Shown here: one piece after another, positions 38,166 to 51,780 of the stretch
How positions within the stretch are numbered: position 1 is the stretch's first letter
How the letters are laid out: each line of letters starts with the position of its first letter
Assembly (NCBI GenBank): GCA_051047955.1
Contig: JBPGPT010000006.1
Location: 62,001 to 126,000 of the forward strand
Direction of reading: 5' to 3'
Length of the DNA stretch: 64,000 nt
DNA from: Cystobasidiomycetes sp. EMM_F5
Lineage: Eukaryota
Program-made: the position numbers and the translations under genes
Notes under the pieces: model-generated
Seen by the model: the letters and a program-made list of their open reading frames with translations, nothing else
What the model was told of the DNA's origin: nothing
Databases searched by the model: none

Positions 38166-40459
38166 TTATATTTCAGCCCTGTAACGAAAATCATTTCCAT
38201 CAGTGTGACTGCACGCCACTCTTCGAGAATTGTAACTGACCAAACGTGCGCCCTAGGCTTGCTCGAGTACTCAGCAGTGTCGCCAAATGGATCGTCTGGA
38301 TCGCCAAGCAGATTGCGGCTGCCTCCGCCGCGGCGGTCATCATCACGAACAAAGTCCTTCCAAGCACGGTTGCCTGACGAAGATGTCGGCGATCTGTAGT
38401 CCTCGTCGTCCGAAGAGGAACTGGAGCACCGTTACGCATCAATATCCAAGTCTTTCCTGTTGAATGAAGCCAACTTACTAGTAATCGGAATAGTCCGATA
38501 GATTACCTTGGCCGTAGCGATCATGGCTTTCTACAGCATGCTTGGGCGCCATTGGAGCTTGCAGACCAGAACTGCCTCCGTCGCGGTTGCCGCTCGAACC
38601 AAAGTTGATGCCGGCGAGATCTCCATAGATACCAGGTGTCTCGAGGTCGCGTGTGTTACCTCGTCTACGGTTCTCGCGGTAAATCTCTGTTCGTTGTCTG
38701 TCGCGAAGCTTGTCAAGTTCACCCAGAGACCGCTTTGACGAGTTATTCAGGTGCATCTTTTGCAAGTTCGAATGGATGGAATCGGCTTTTGGTGGAGAAA
38801 CGCTTCGCTCTGGTGATGCTACGGCTGGTGCGGCGGCAGCGGGAGCTTGTGCGGGAGCTTCCGTCTTGGAAGCCGCCAATGCTTGCTGCAGTGCCGCACT
38901 GTTGTCATTGTCATCGTCTGAATCTTCATCAGCGGGCTTTGTTAGCATCCGGTCATACAAGCGGAGTGCTGCGATGATCTGGTCGCTGCGGGCATCGTGT
39001 CAGCGCATGCGATGAAGTGATAAAGTCCTGCAGACGTACTTGCTCGAGATGAGCATGCCAATGTACTCGCCCTCCTTATCCACCTCGCACAACTGAACAT
39101 ACCGGATGACCTGCTTACGTGACTCTTTGAGCTTGTTGAGCTGATTCTGCACGGCCACGTTGCTGGAAACGGATTCCTTCTCTCGATTGACATGCTGGAG
39201 AGCGTTGACTAGGCCATTTGAATACATAGATGCAGTTGCGACAGCTTGTTGGATTCTTGGCTTCTCCTGTTCAAAGTTGAATGGCACGCGCTTGCCCTTG
39301 CTTGCAGTCGTGCCGGAGCTAGCACCTCCACTCGTCACGCTCGACAGGAACCCTCCGGCAGACTTCTTCTCGGCTTTGGCCTTTTCTTTTTCTGCTCTGC
39401 GGGCTTCCTCCTCCTCACGAGCCTTGTTGAGCTGCTCGGTAGCGGCTTCTCTGCGTGCCTTCTCGGCTTTGCGAGCTGCAATTTCCTCGCGCCTCTTTTT
39501 TGCAGATTCGTCCTCTTCAGCCTGCAAGCGGGCTGCCATCTTCTCATCCAGACGTAATTGTGACTCCTGGTCGAGCCGCTCTTGCTCTTTCTTGTACGCT
39601 TCTTTGGCACGAGCGTCTTGCTCCTACGATGCGGAAGGTATGCATTGGATCAGCTGTGTTTGATATGCATGGTGGATTCAATTGCGCACTCCTCGGGCAC
39701 CACCGACCGCGTCCCACCATTCGGCATAAACGCGCATCGATCTGTCGCTTTGATACGAGGCGTGGAAGCCCTTGAGTGTAGCCATGAGCGTCTTCTTGAC
39801 TGAGGGATCCGTCTGCGGATCTGCGGCGATAATCTGTTGTATACGTGTTAGACCGCTGGCTATCTGATGACTGGAGCGGACAAACCTTGAGACGCTCGAC
39901 TAATGTCGGGTCTGGAAAGTTTTCTGTGCAGAAGGATAATTGTTGTCAGCAAGCTCATCTGTAGCAGCAACCCGGCACGGTGAACTAACTAGCAAAGTTG
40001 GTTCGCTCTCCACAGTTTTCAACGAGACATTTCAAGACCTGATGCGGACCCTGCTCAGTACTGGTGTCTATGAGGTGTGAACATATAACGTACAAATATA
40101 GCTCGGAGCTGCATGTGCGTGTTGCCATACTTGAGCTTCTTTCGGAGCATACGAGCAGCCTCGCCGGGACTGTAGAGAAAGCTCAGCATGACAAGCCAAA
40201 GCAAGTCTCACTGACGACGAGGATGCTCACCCGCTGTACTGGAGGTTGATGGACTCTACGAGCTCGGGAATACCCTCGTAGTCCGTTATCTTGTACGATG
40301 ACGAGCACAGTCGCTCGATCCAGTCGGTGACGGCTGGCAGCAAACGCGTTAGTATCCCAGCTCAGCGAAGACGCAGCTACTCCTATGCTGACCAGTGTTG
40401 GGCTTGTACGACGCTGCAAAGTTCTGGCCATGCTGGAGAGCCTGCGACAGGAAGGCCAT
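38166..40459 (-). CDS. LSB5: VHS/GAT-domain endocytic adaptor, Lsb5-like
   Basis: SSVTDWIERL..YEGIPELVESINLQ, EAARMLRKKLKYGNTH, GAT-like FNFEQEKPRIQQAVA..LVNAL, C-terminal DPF motif. Confidence 0.8.
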
Positions 40460-40707
40460 AGTGACGCCGGCTGACCGAACGGGGACTGGGCTGTGGTTTG
40501 GCTGCGATGTTTGGCTGGAGTCGACTGGAGTGTGCAGCTGCGACTGCGCTTGACCGGCGTTGAGATGGCAGACAGGACCGTAGGTTGCCTGGTCTCCCGT
40601 TGACGCAAGTGGCCGATCACGGGCAGACCGGGAAGCACACAACTATTTCCAGACGATGACAACGAAGACGATGCTGCACTGCTGCACAATGACAATGGAA
40701 CGCTGGT

Positions 40708-43700
40708 CTACAGATATAACGATGCACAGCTGTTGCAAGTGTCAAAATCGTAGTCAGCGGGGACGGGGGGAAATTGCGGAGATGCGACCCACAATACTAT
40801 ATCGCGCTTGATACACGCTTGGCACGCTTCCATCTTTTGATACAGAGCGGCATCTCCAATCACACGAGCAGTGTCTCGCACTTCTCGGCAGGTTTCGTCC
40901 AATCGCGTTATCGTCCGCACGATAGTTCCCTCTTGAACGTCTGTCAAGTGCGTGATTTCATCAAAGGGCTGCATAAAGAAGTGTGTCCATCAGCAGTCAG
41001 TACGATAGGTATTTTCTCTTGCTCGCTTCAACGTACCATTCCGCGAGCCCACTCGTATACCACTTCAGACAGGCCGAAATTTAACTGGTTGCTCTCAGGC
41101 CCGCTCTCAGCAACATCTGCTCGGCGCGCAACCTGAACGGCTGTCACGCGCTCAGCAATATCGCCGATTCTATCTCGTCCCTAGTAATGAAACAATTAGA
41201 GCTTGATGCTACGTACGAAGCTCTGGACGGACTTCTTTAAGCCGATCCGTAAAGACAGGCTCCGTCTCCGATCGGCGCTCCTGGAAGACAAAGCAGGACA
41301 GTAGGGCAACCACTTCTTCCGGCTCATAGCCAGCCAAGAAGTTTTCCAAGACGAGTTCAGTCAAGATGAGCTCGTGTCCCGTGTTGATTTCGCAGGCCAC
41401 TCGGCCTTTGAGAAGAACCGTGGATTTTTCATCGATGAACTGCAAGTCTTGTAACACGGCAATTCGCTGCTCGTAGTCTGGTAATAGGTCAAGATTCTGC
41501 TCCGATATAGCCATACGGAGCCTGGAAGTGCAATGACAATCAGCATTTGGTGAATCAATTAGGGTGTCGTAACATACGATGCGACCTTGTCTTCAAGCAA
41601 GCGGTACGCGTGCACTGCTTGATACTGCAAGAATGGCGTCAAGGAATCACGAGTATCCATGGTAGTTTGCGCACGGACCTGCTCATCGAAGTCGGCAATA
41701 TCGGTCAAGTCGAGCTTCTCTCGCTCCTTGACTAGCCGTTTACGCTCCTGCAGTAATTGCACCACCTCCATCGAGCGCACTTTTGACCAGTCCGCTTCGT
41801 GTTCGAGCGGGTTGTCCGATAATTGCGAGATTATGTCTGAAGCTCCAGCGACTGCCTCCTGCATCGCAGTATTGTTTGCATGATCCGATATGCGGTCAAA
41901 CTCGAACTGCAGAACAAGTCATGAGTGCTATGTTTGGACCGCAGCGACCCCGCTTACCTTCTGTGTCAGCCGAGTTACTATTGCTATACTAGTCATAGGG
42001 ACGATCGTCACCGCAGCGGAGAGCGAGCCGGTGTATGCAGACAGCGATGGTGGCCAAAGCGGCGGTCGACTGAGCCCTTGCTCGTGCGAAGCCGTACTAG
42101 CTGTAATGTACACAGCTACATGCCAAGCCTTTGTCTGGTCTATTCGGCCATCTGTTGTGACAAGGTTTGGAGCACCTCGAAGCAAGACGGCGACGGCTCC
42201 AGCGTATCGCTGATGGCAAGGCAATGAGTACGAAGACTGGGCTATTGAAGCCGACGCTATACATACTGCATCCGACAGGATGACTACGCGTCCTGGCGAA
42301 AAGACCTTGTTCGCGCCAGCAGAGCCGTACAGTAAGCTGAGGAGAGTCTCGTTAATCTGAACCAGTCTGCTGGTATAATCGTGGTATCTCCGGATCTCGA
42401 CAGAGACTTTGCCATCAGCTAGCTTTGGCAGAGCTTGAAGTTCCTTCTCGCTCTGCTCTACATTTAGCTTTGTGTCCCGTAGTTGGAGACGTGTTGACCT
42501 ACCTCCAAGACCCGTTTCTGTTGATCGGGCATGAGTCTTTGGGAAGCATTCTCTGAAAAGCTACGCTTGATCATCTCTTCCACTCGCAACGCCTCGACTC
42601 GCAAAAGGTTCAAGATCATCGTGTATGTCAGGCGGAACTGTGAAGAGAGCTTCGTCGGTTGTCCGAGGATCATTGTTTGAAGACTTGCAGTCTGATACGG
42701 ACGCGCGCCATCAGCTTGGACGTCTTCTTCCAGGTATACAAACTTACATCGGGTGGCTCGTTCTCGCCGCATACGATGATGACGACACCCGTGCTGTCAA
42801 GCCCTCTTCTACCTGCTCTCCCGGACATTTGCGTATACTCGCCGGCTAGTAGATCCCTGAATTGTCGGCCATCGTGCTTGCGTGTGCTCCCGAAGACAAC
42901 AGTACGCGCCGGCATGTTGACGCCCATGGCGAATGTCTCAGTAGCAAAGAGCACTTTGACGAGACCTTTGGAGAAGAGCAATTCCACCATCTATACTTTA
43001 GCATCAGTATCCACGGTTTTCTGGTTGTTTTTTCTGCGACAGACGAAGTGCACACCTCCTTGACAATTGGGAGAAGCCCACCATGATGCACGCCTATCCC
43101 GCGAGCTAACAGTTGGCGCATTTTGGCGATTTGAGGCAGCTTTTTGTCCGAACCTCCACGATTGTGTCTTAGCAAGTCAAGACTTTGACTTCGCGAGTCC
43201 ACTACTTACCTTTTAAGCGCGTTATACTGCGTTCAATCACGATATGAATTTCGCTCTTCTCATCCTTTCCGCAAAGGTCTTGATTTGGCATACTATCGGC
43301 ATTCTCCTCGCACCGCTTTTTCGAGAACGAAAATACGACTACAGGCAGCAGTTCCTTCTTCCGCAACAGACCAATCTGCGTAAGCGAGTATCAAATCCTT
43401 AGACAGACGAAATGTGGTATGTTGATCGTAAGAATGACTGACCAAGTGTACCCAAAGCTGTTTGTCCTGCGCTGCCGCTCCGCGCATTCCACTACGTACA
43501 GGTCCGAACGTACCGGCTCCTCGAACAGCAGCGTTCGCAACAGCAGGAGTACCTCGACCACGACCTGCAGTACCACCCCGCCCGCTTGGTCCGCCGCGTC
43601 CATTCTGCGCTACTTTGGCTGCGTTTGCTCCTTGGCGTACTAAAGGACCTAGGCCCGCCGCTTCACGTTCCTTCTCTTGTTTGCGTTTCAATGCCTCTGC

Positions 43701-45659
43701 AGCGTCTTTCCATCTGATTGAATGATTCAGCTACGAGTGTGATCAGTAGTAAGTGCCGTACCCCTGTCCATCGAACACGCCTCGGGAGTTGACAATCTTG
43801 AAGAGGTCTTTTCCAGCATACAGAAAGTGTTCCAGGGGGACTGGCCGTTTCGGAGTTGATATGACATAAATATCTTTCTTCTTCGTCCGGCTACAGAAAA
43901 GTAAGCTAGAGACTACCCTGCGCTTGAAAAGACTTACCCGACCCAGTCTGCGAATTCTTTCGTGTTCGGAACAGTAGCTGATAGGAGTATGATTCCCACA
44001 TGATCAGGAAGCATGATGATGACCTCTTCCCATACGACACCTCGCTGCATCACGTATCAGATAATATCATCGATACGCGTCATCGGCCTTCTCACCTCAA
44101 GATCGTTTACATAATGTACTTCATCAAATATCACCCACTCAACGTCCCTGATGAGATCGGCGCCCTTGTACAGCATGCTCCGCAAAATTTCAGTCTGACG
44201 GCATGCGTCAGAATTGATCTAGCGGAGGTGAGAACATGCCTTACAGTCATTATTAGACATCCAGCTTCTGGATTGATTTGTACGTCTCCAGTCAATATAC
44301 CAACATTCTCAGCGCCAAAGGTCTGTTTGAAGTCGCGATATTTCTGATTTGATAATGCTTTTATCGGAGAGGTGTAGATGGCCCTGAATATTAATCTGTG
44401 TGTCAGAGGCGACCTCAAAACGGCCGATGACTCCGTTTACCTTGTCATATGCCGTGACGCCAGAGCGATGGCGTATTCTGCAACGACAGTCTTTCCTGCA
44501 CTAGTATGGGCTGCGACAAAGACGCTGTCGCCGAGTTCTAGATGATAAACAGCTTCTTTTTGGAATGTATCTAGCTCGAAGGGGTACTACAGTATATCGG
44601 GGAATCAGCTAGCAGATCTCCAGCGATAAATTACAGCTTACCTACCTCTCTCGCCATGTCCGGTACTAGCTCTCGGAAGTTGACGAGTTCCTGATTGACG
44701 TCCACAACGTGCGCCCAGTCTCGTTTTGCCATTGCAGGCCGACGCCGAGCGGCCGGGGCTGCTGAGAGTTGTAATCGCTGCATATTTTGTAAGTCTACAG
44801 CGGCTGCAAGTATATTACTTCCTACGCACCTCTCTGGGCAAGAGATCTTCCACTTCCTTATCGAGCCCTTGTATAGCTTGCTTGCGGGTAGGACCTGCGA
44901 CAGACGAGGTAGACGCTAGCGGTCTGTAGATAGGTTCGACTCTAGCATGCTCTTCTGACTCCATTAGCGCCTGCTCCTCCGCCGTTAGATCAAAATCTAA
45001 GCCTCTCTCGAAGCCTGGAGGTATCGTTCGAATACCCCCTCGACCCAAACTGTAGCCAGACTCGACTCCGGATACGATCGTAGCGAAAGCATCTTCAGCA
45101 GTTGTCGATGATAGGCCAAGAGCCTGGTCGTCCAGCCCGCCGGGCGCAAATGGAAATTGACCGGTAATACCTCGGACAAAGCCTTTGGCATCGTACGCCT
45201 GCGGCTCTCTTGCTATGGATGTCGAAGTTGATGCAGTCAGATATTCGGTTGCCGTCTTTGTCGTCTGAAAGCATCGTCACCCCATGTGAGGTTGAATCCT
45301 CTCATCTCACGTATTACAACCTACCTCGCGATACCCAGTTATACGGCCTTCCAAGCCTACAGTTGTGAATTCCAAGCCAGCCGTAGGCCTCGCGGGTTCA
45401 GAATGATACAAGTCTTGCGGGTCCACGGTGTATGGCCATTGTCTAGAATCAATAATAAGCCAAGAAGATCACGGCAATGCACCACGATTGACGTTCCATA
45501 CATTTGCCATTCATTCAGCCATGACGGGGGAAGACGATATTTTGGAAGTACAAATCGGTCGGCCAGGGCAGCTCTGATGTCTTCTTCGGATCTTTCTGAG
45601 ACTCTGAGTGTGCTATCTTGGTCTTCCTGCAGAGTCATAACGACATTTTGAACATTCAT
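40708..45659 (-). CDS. SKI2: Ski2 DExH RNA helicase
   Basis: [78 protein letters not shown]-like [21 protein letters not shown]. Confidence 0.96.
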
Positions 45660-45921
45660 GTTTGTGCGTAATTTGCCGATGCAATGCGAGATGAACGTAT
45701 AGGATTCAGCGATTCGTCGCGCACAGGACGTCAACGGAGTCAGAGTAGTCAGTTATCATGGCAGGTTGGTGCAGTGCAAACAGTCAAATATTGGGCTTTC
45801 ATATTTTGATTCTTCACGAACATGACGCTGAGGTCGAGCACTGCTGTCTGAACGTCGCGAGAGCACATCGTGAATGACAAGGACATGCTGAGCATGCAAG
45901 AGGTGTACAGGCATCTTGCAG

Positions 45922-48900
45922 ATGGATGACCTCAAGGCTGGCCATGACGCCGAACACAAGACTGCCGCGATATCGACAGCCGCTGTCAAACGCACGGCCT
46001 TTCGCAAGCAGGACGCCGTAGTATTCACAATCATTCTCTTTGCAGTAGCCTTCGCGCACACAGTCTACACGTCCTCTGTCCGCTATGATCCAGCCAACGC
46101 CATGCGCTGTGCAATGGCCTACATGAGCCCGAGCTACGTCCGCCAAGATGGATTCAATCGCAATCACAGTCGACTTGCTGGCAAGTATTCACTATGGCTA
46201 TACCGAGAGCAGGGGTATGATCTGTCAGACAAGGTTCGTTGTATGTTTAGACGGTGAAAATGAATAGCGAATGACGCTGGACAACTCCATAATAATGCAT
46301 ACTCCCTTCCCACATAGCCTCATGGCATACCAGTCCTATTTGCTCCAGGTAATGCGGGCTCATACCGTCAAGTCCGTAGTCTGGCGGCAGCGGCTGCAAG
46401 GCAATACTATGACAATCCCGGCCGACCACATTCTGCACTTTTCGAATCTGGCATACGTGAAATGGACTGGTTTGCAGGTACGTTCTTTATCATACCTGCA
46501 CAAAGCGACTCCGTTCTTGGACTCACTCGAGTCATCCTCTTTCACAGCGGATTTCAACGAAGATTTCTCCGCCTTCCATGCTGCGACCCTCAGAGAACAA
46601 GCGAAATATCTCGCCGATGCTATTACGTACATTCTAAGTCTTTACCCCGATGACAGCTCCAATTATGCCACGAAGCCAACTTCAGTCATCATTGTGGCTC
46701 ACAGCATGGGCGGCATCGCTGCAAGATTGCTGTTGTTACGGAAGGATATTCCTGCCGCAAGCGTCAAGACCATTATTACTCTGAGTACTCCTCACATGCT
46801 GCCTCCAGCCGCAGTTGATAGTGGCATCGACGAAATATATAGCGAAATCAACGGCTTCTGGCAGAACGAGTACACAAAAGCCGGATCAGGCAAGCTGGAC
46901 GATGTTCTGCTCATTTCGATAGCGGGGGGAACCGCCGACACAACCGTTTCATCAGACTATGCTAGTATCGCATCCTTCACCCCTGCAAGCAATGGTTTCA
47001 CAGTAATGACGACAACGATACCTACGGTGCGTAGCCCAGTAGATCATCTCGCGATGGTTTGGTGTGATCAGCTTCGACAAACAATCATCAGCGCACTGTT
47101 GCGGACCATCGATGTGAATCGACCAGACAGAGTACGGCCCGTCGCAACCCGGCTAGACATTATGAAATCGTATTTGGTATCCGGCATAGAAACGCATACT
47201 CAGATGATTGACGCGGCAGATGAGCAAGTGATCTTCACTCTAGACGACTTTGTCTGGTCCGATGAGGCAACATCTGACATTCGAGACCTTGCCCAGAACG
47301 GCATGGCGGTGCGAACACACGGACACGCACGCATGCTGCAGGCTTTGACTATCACAAGCGTGGGTGCGCCTCCGCTGGCATACGGTTGTGAAGATACACG
47401 CACAGGATTGCGTTGCAAGTCACAGCTACAGATGGAACACGTTCGTCAAGCTGTGATGGGCAACGATGGTCTTCCCTTACGAGAAGGCATGCAAGGGCTC
47501 TTCTCAACCGCGCCGCTTGGAGCTACTAGCGAAGTCATACTCTTTCCAAGGCAGGATGCCAGACTTGTCTATTTCATCAGCAACGATGGCCTCCTTGTCC
47601 AAAAGGATACTGTAACACTGCTCAAGCTGGTGCTTCTTGGTCACATCTTGCAGTTTCCTCCAGGAACTGTGGCATCGACTGTTGTTTTACCAAACATAGG
47701 CAGCTCACTCCTCGTCTTCCGCCTTTCACCTCAGCATGTCCCTTGTATGTCTCAATCTCTGCGTATGCACTATATGTGATGCTGAATAATTTCGCAGGCC
47801 GGGATGCTTCATTTTCCTCTCTGTGCGCGTATAATACTGGCATGCATGAACGCAAATATCTGCCAATGGACAGACCCATCTCAATTCATTTACATTCTCC
47901 CGCTCCCTTCCTATCGCGCGAGGAGCCAGCCGACAGCCTCCACATTCAGATCTTCCGGCCACCAACGTGCGTTGTGCATCTTCGTATTTCAATTAGCTGG
48001 AAGGAGTCTTTCGGAACACTGTTGCTACGATATCGTACCGTCGTAGCTGCGTGGCCGGCCCTCTGCGCGATAGCCTTCCTCCAAGCGGTACTCGTTGCTC
48101 CACCAAGTCCTGGCGACCGCGAATTCCGCGCGCAAACCTTTTTATGGCGATTTCATGATACGATGATACGAGCACTTGTGAAGTGCAGCCTGCTAGCCCT
48201 ACTTGTGGCGAGTGGGCAAGCGCTTGCGCCAGTGTACGCCTTCAAGCGGTACACACGCCATTTTCTGCTGGGAACGGACCTCTTCGTCCTGTCGATACTG
48301 GCGCCGGCGCTACTGGCTGTGTGCGGCGCAGTCGTGGCAGTTCTTAATGTGCTTGTTCTATGTCTCCTGTACACCTTGACCAAATTCTGGCACCATCCGA
48401 AAATTACTAAGAGCAGGTCAGTCCCTATTTCTGGCCAGTGAGGGTTCAAATTTTGACGGTACACCGACTGTAGCGAGACAATCTTACAATCGGGCAGGCT
48501 TTCGCGCAGCAGAATCATATCTTTCATTCTTCTCGGGCTCTTCATACTTTTCTTCGCTCCGCATCAGTTTGCGTTTCTTGTCGTTACATTGCTCCAAATT
48601 TACTCGACCGCGAAGGCATTAGTCACTCTGAAGCGGACGTCTGTGAGTACCGAATGCCATTCATACTTTGAGTTAGGCTAATTAGTTTCCAGACCACTGA
48701 AAACCTGAATCGGTTTCAGATCAACTATGCAGTATTGTTGTTACTGCTGATACTGCTGCCACTGAATGCTACAATACTCCTAGTATGGCTGCGAAATCTG
48801 CAGGCCGGCTGGTATGCCCCGTTTGCATCCGATCACAACATTCTTCGCATAGCGGGACCTTTCCTCGTTGTAGAGCACTTGCAGCGAGGTGGGACCGTGT

Positions 48901-49119
48901 ATCTGCCTCGTAACGGGTGCGTTGGACTATCATCTTGATGCGATAGCATGAGCTGAAACCTATACGGGTAGTTATCTACGCCATTCCGTTTCTCTCCTGG
49001 CAATGACGGCATGCAGTCTTATCCTGGTGCTTGGAGTTCGCTTTACGTTCATTGTCGCAGATCTCGCCAATTACGTGCTGTTGATGGTATACGTAGCTGC
49101 ATATTGTAGTCGGCAGTAA
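45922..49119 (+). CDS. BST1: GPI inositol-deacylase (PGAP1 family)
   Basis: CAMAYMSPSY, KYSLWLYRE, DFNEDFSAFH, VAHSMGG, VDHLAMVWCDQ, C-terminal TM segments; start uncertain. Confidence 0.92.
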
Positions 49120-49137
49120 AAGTGCAATTTCCGCGAT

Positions 49138-49840
49138 TTATACCTTGGCGTCTTCAGCGAAACCTAGGTGATCAAGGAGCCCATCTGTGTACGCTGCCAC
49201 TTGCTGGTACGTTTTCTCGAAACCGCTCTTGCCGCCATAGTAGGGGTCGTCAATGATGCGTCCGTCGCCAAACTCCCCAAAAAGCTGGACTGCTCTCCAG
49301 ACGAGTCAGTTCGGGTTCGGCATAGCACGCGTGTGCCCTCACCCTTAGCTTTACTGTTCTTAGGCTGCATGGACTTTAGATTTCGGACGTTGTTGTCATC
49401 CATACCAAGGATGTAGTCGAATTCATCGAAATGGCGTCTCTCGATAACTTGGGCTAGTGAGGTGATTGGTATGCCCTAGACGACGTTGTCAGAACGGAGA
49501 TCATGTCGGACTGGTACAAGCCATGCCTTTTGTCGACATTTTGCGACAGTCCTGTCATCCGGCTCATCGCCAACATGGTAACCGCCTGTCCCAGCCGACT
49601 GCATCGTAACAAGGTCAAAGGCCCGTATTTCAGAGCGATCATGCTCATACCTCAATGCGGTCAAAATGCTCCTCAAGATGGCGTTGCTTGACGACATGCT
49701 CAAACACAGCCTGAGCCATCGGTCTGCGCACAATACTTATATAAGCCGTAGTATGGCGTCTAAGCTGACATAGACACTCACGAACGGCAAATATTGCCTA
49801 GGCAAACAAACATGATTGACGTTTTCCCGTTTTCATTCAT
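49138..49840 (-). CDS. LTP1: Low-molecular-weight protein tyrosine phosphatase
   Basis: Spliced MNENGKTSIMFVCLGNICRS|PMAQAVF..SAGTGGYHVGDEPDDRT..FDYILGMD..IDDPYYGG..AKV*. Fragmented in the ORF track. Confidence 0.93.
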
Positions 49841-50053
49841 TTCGTCCTAAGCGAAATGCTAGACAGGAACGGTGAGGTTCAGATGATAACGCTCGGGAAG
49901 GGAACCACGAGCTCCAATTGCGACAAGTCTTGCGACGGTAGACATTCCGCGACTACTCTACAGATCGATACCAACGTATCGTGGAACACGCCCAACGATC
50001 AACCACTTCCTCCCACGCCTCTATGCTACATTCCCGACAAAATCGCCGAATCC

Positions 50054-51079
50054 TCACTTGCAGGGCACTTCGTGACGTAGCGCAGACGTTCGCTCCGATA
50101 CGAATGCTCTTGAATGTCGACAACGTCTGTCGCGTAATGGTGAATGGATTTTATGGCATTGCATCATGGCATTCTCTAGCGAGAGCATGAGGTAATAGTG
50201 CGACTCTGTAATCATACGATCTCTATGTCGTGGTGGAGACCGCTGACGTCGCATTGATGATGGACGACTGACTTCCTCAAGGAATTGTGTATCTTGTTCA
50301 TCGTGTTGCTCGACGACCGGAAGCAAAATTTCATGGAAATGAGGGGTAGCTGGCGGAAGGGTCGCGAGTTGGACCATGCAGGCAGCGACCTCTTCCTGAA
50401 GCTCTGTATCAGGGCGTAGTGAAGTCGGAGGATCTTGCACGTCCGAGCTACTTCGGACTGACGGTCCGCCAGCCGACATCGACGAAGTGGACAGCAAGCG
50501 CAGCCATGATGAGCCAGACTCTTGGACGGGATGCTTGCAACGAATTGATTTCCGCACAGAAGTTCCCTTTGACCGCCTTTTCGGGACACTTGAGGATGGT
50601 GGCGTAATAACATGTACCTCTTGCGATTGAAGGGGGTCTTTCGCGGACTTGCTTCTGGGCAGCCGCTGGAAGCGATTGGTGCGGTCGCACTGCATGTCCG
50701 AAGCTGGTATATAGGAAAAATCATCTTCGCCATCGTCAAATAGCGCACGGCGGTGCAGGCCATTAAACGCCTGGTCGGAGCACGAGCCAGGTGACGAGGG
50801 CGGAGTCAGCAGTTCCTCATCACTTGATGTGCTTGATGAGGAACTGCAACTACTGGAAGGAGAAGTGTAGCCAGGATCCCAAGAATCGTCACCTTCCATG
50901 ATGGCGAATTGAACGCTTTCAGCGTCAAGTTTGCTGTTTGTACCGAACTGCACGCCGAGCAGTGATACAACGGGCGGCAGAGGGCGTGGTGAAGCGACCA
51001 TCCAGCGCTGCATGCGTGCAGGTATTTGGCATGGGAAGGGGAAAGAGCTGCCAGCTGCAGGTTTTGCTTCTTGCTGCAT
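50054..51079 (-). CDS. Hypothetical protein (intronless, Ser-rich)
   Basis: 341-aa ORF, mostly low complexity, with a more ordered C-terminal segment (YLMLSLENAMMQCHKIHSPLR). Confidence 0.6.
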   Translation of the reverse strand: MQQEAKPAAGSSFPFPCQIPARMQRWMVASPRPLPPVVSLLGVQFGTNSKLDAESVQFAIMEGDDSWDPGYTSPSSSCSSSSSTSSDEELLTPPSSPGSCSDQAFNGLHRRALFDDGEDDFSYIPASDMQCDRTNRFQRLPRSKSAKDPLQSQEVHVITPPSSSVPKRRSKGTSVRKSIRCKHPVQESGSSWLRLLSTSSMSAGGPSVRSSSDVQDPPTSLRPDTELQEEVAACMVQLATLPPATPHFHEILLPVVEQHDEQDTQFLEEVSRPSSMRRQRSPPRHRDRMITESHYYLMLSLENAMMQCHKIHSPLRDRRCRHSRAFVSERTSALRHEVPCK

Positions 51080-51643
51080 CTGCGGCTATCTCGCATGCAC
51101 TACGGTAACAATAAATGCAACGCCTCGGATGAAGAATACGCGAATCCGAGATCGTCGGATTTTATGGGTCCCGTTGCGAGCCGAGGGATTGAATTCTGAC
51201 AGCTAATGCAACGGTCCTTTGCATGAATTCAGAAATCATAAGGTGCAAATGAGAGTGAGAAGCAAAATGGAGATGAAGTGAACATGAACCGACGCTTGAC
51301 GCGCTTGTTCCATCGTTCATATTTCCGCGAAGCGAGATTAAGCGATGATGGGTCGGAAATGGCCGAACCGCGTGCTTTCAGCATGAGACGCGCGGATCCG
51401 GAGACAACTCAAGGCGATAAATAAACATCGTACGCGTTCACGTCCATATATCAAAGCACACAGACCTTAAAGAGCAGTGTTGTTCATCTGACTAGCCAAT
51501 ATGGGTCGCGAGTGCTTTACAGACCCTAGGCCTCTGAAAGCGACCGGACAAGACACCGGAAACAGACCGAAACGCCGGCTGCATCTTCAGAATTTACATG
51601 AGCAGTCATGAACGGCTTGGTCGTCCGGTCTGGGATCGGTTTC

Positions 51644-51768
51644 AGCGCGATAGCTCAGGTGTGTTGAGCTTTACTACTCAGCACAGCAGCGGACTAACAA
51701 TGCTCTGCAGTTGGAAGAGCGCGGGGCTCATAACCCCGAGGTCGTAGGATCGAGACTTACTCGCGCTA
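51644..51768 (+). tRNA. Initiator tRNA-Met (CAT) interrupted in the D-loop by a 52-nt spliceosomal-type insert (51659-51710)
   Basis: Exons 51644-51658 + 51711-51768 give 73 nt: AGCGCGA TA GCTC AGTTGGAA GAGC G CGGGG CTCATAA CCCCG AGGTC GTAGG ATCGAGA CTTAC TCGCGCT A. Has A1-U72, G-C run in the anticodon stem, and A54/A60 T-loop, all eukaryotic initiator hallmarks. Confidence 0.92.
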
Positions 51769-51780
51769 CTGGTCGCACCC

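Noticed and set aside
49470..49530. Possible GC donor in an LTP1 intron
   Set aside because: An in-frame GT 9 nt downstream is an alternative, so it cannot be decided; GC-AG introns are common in fungi anyway.
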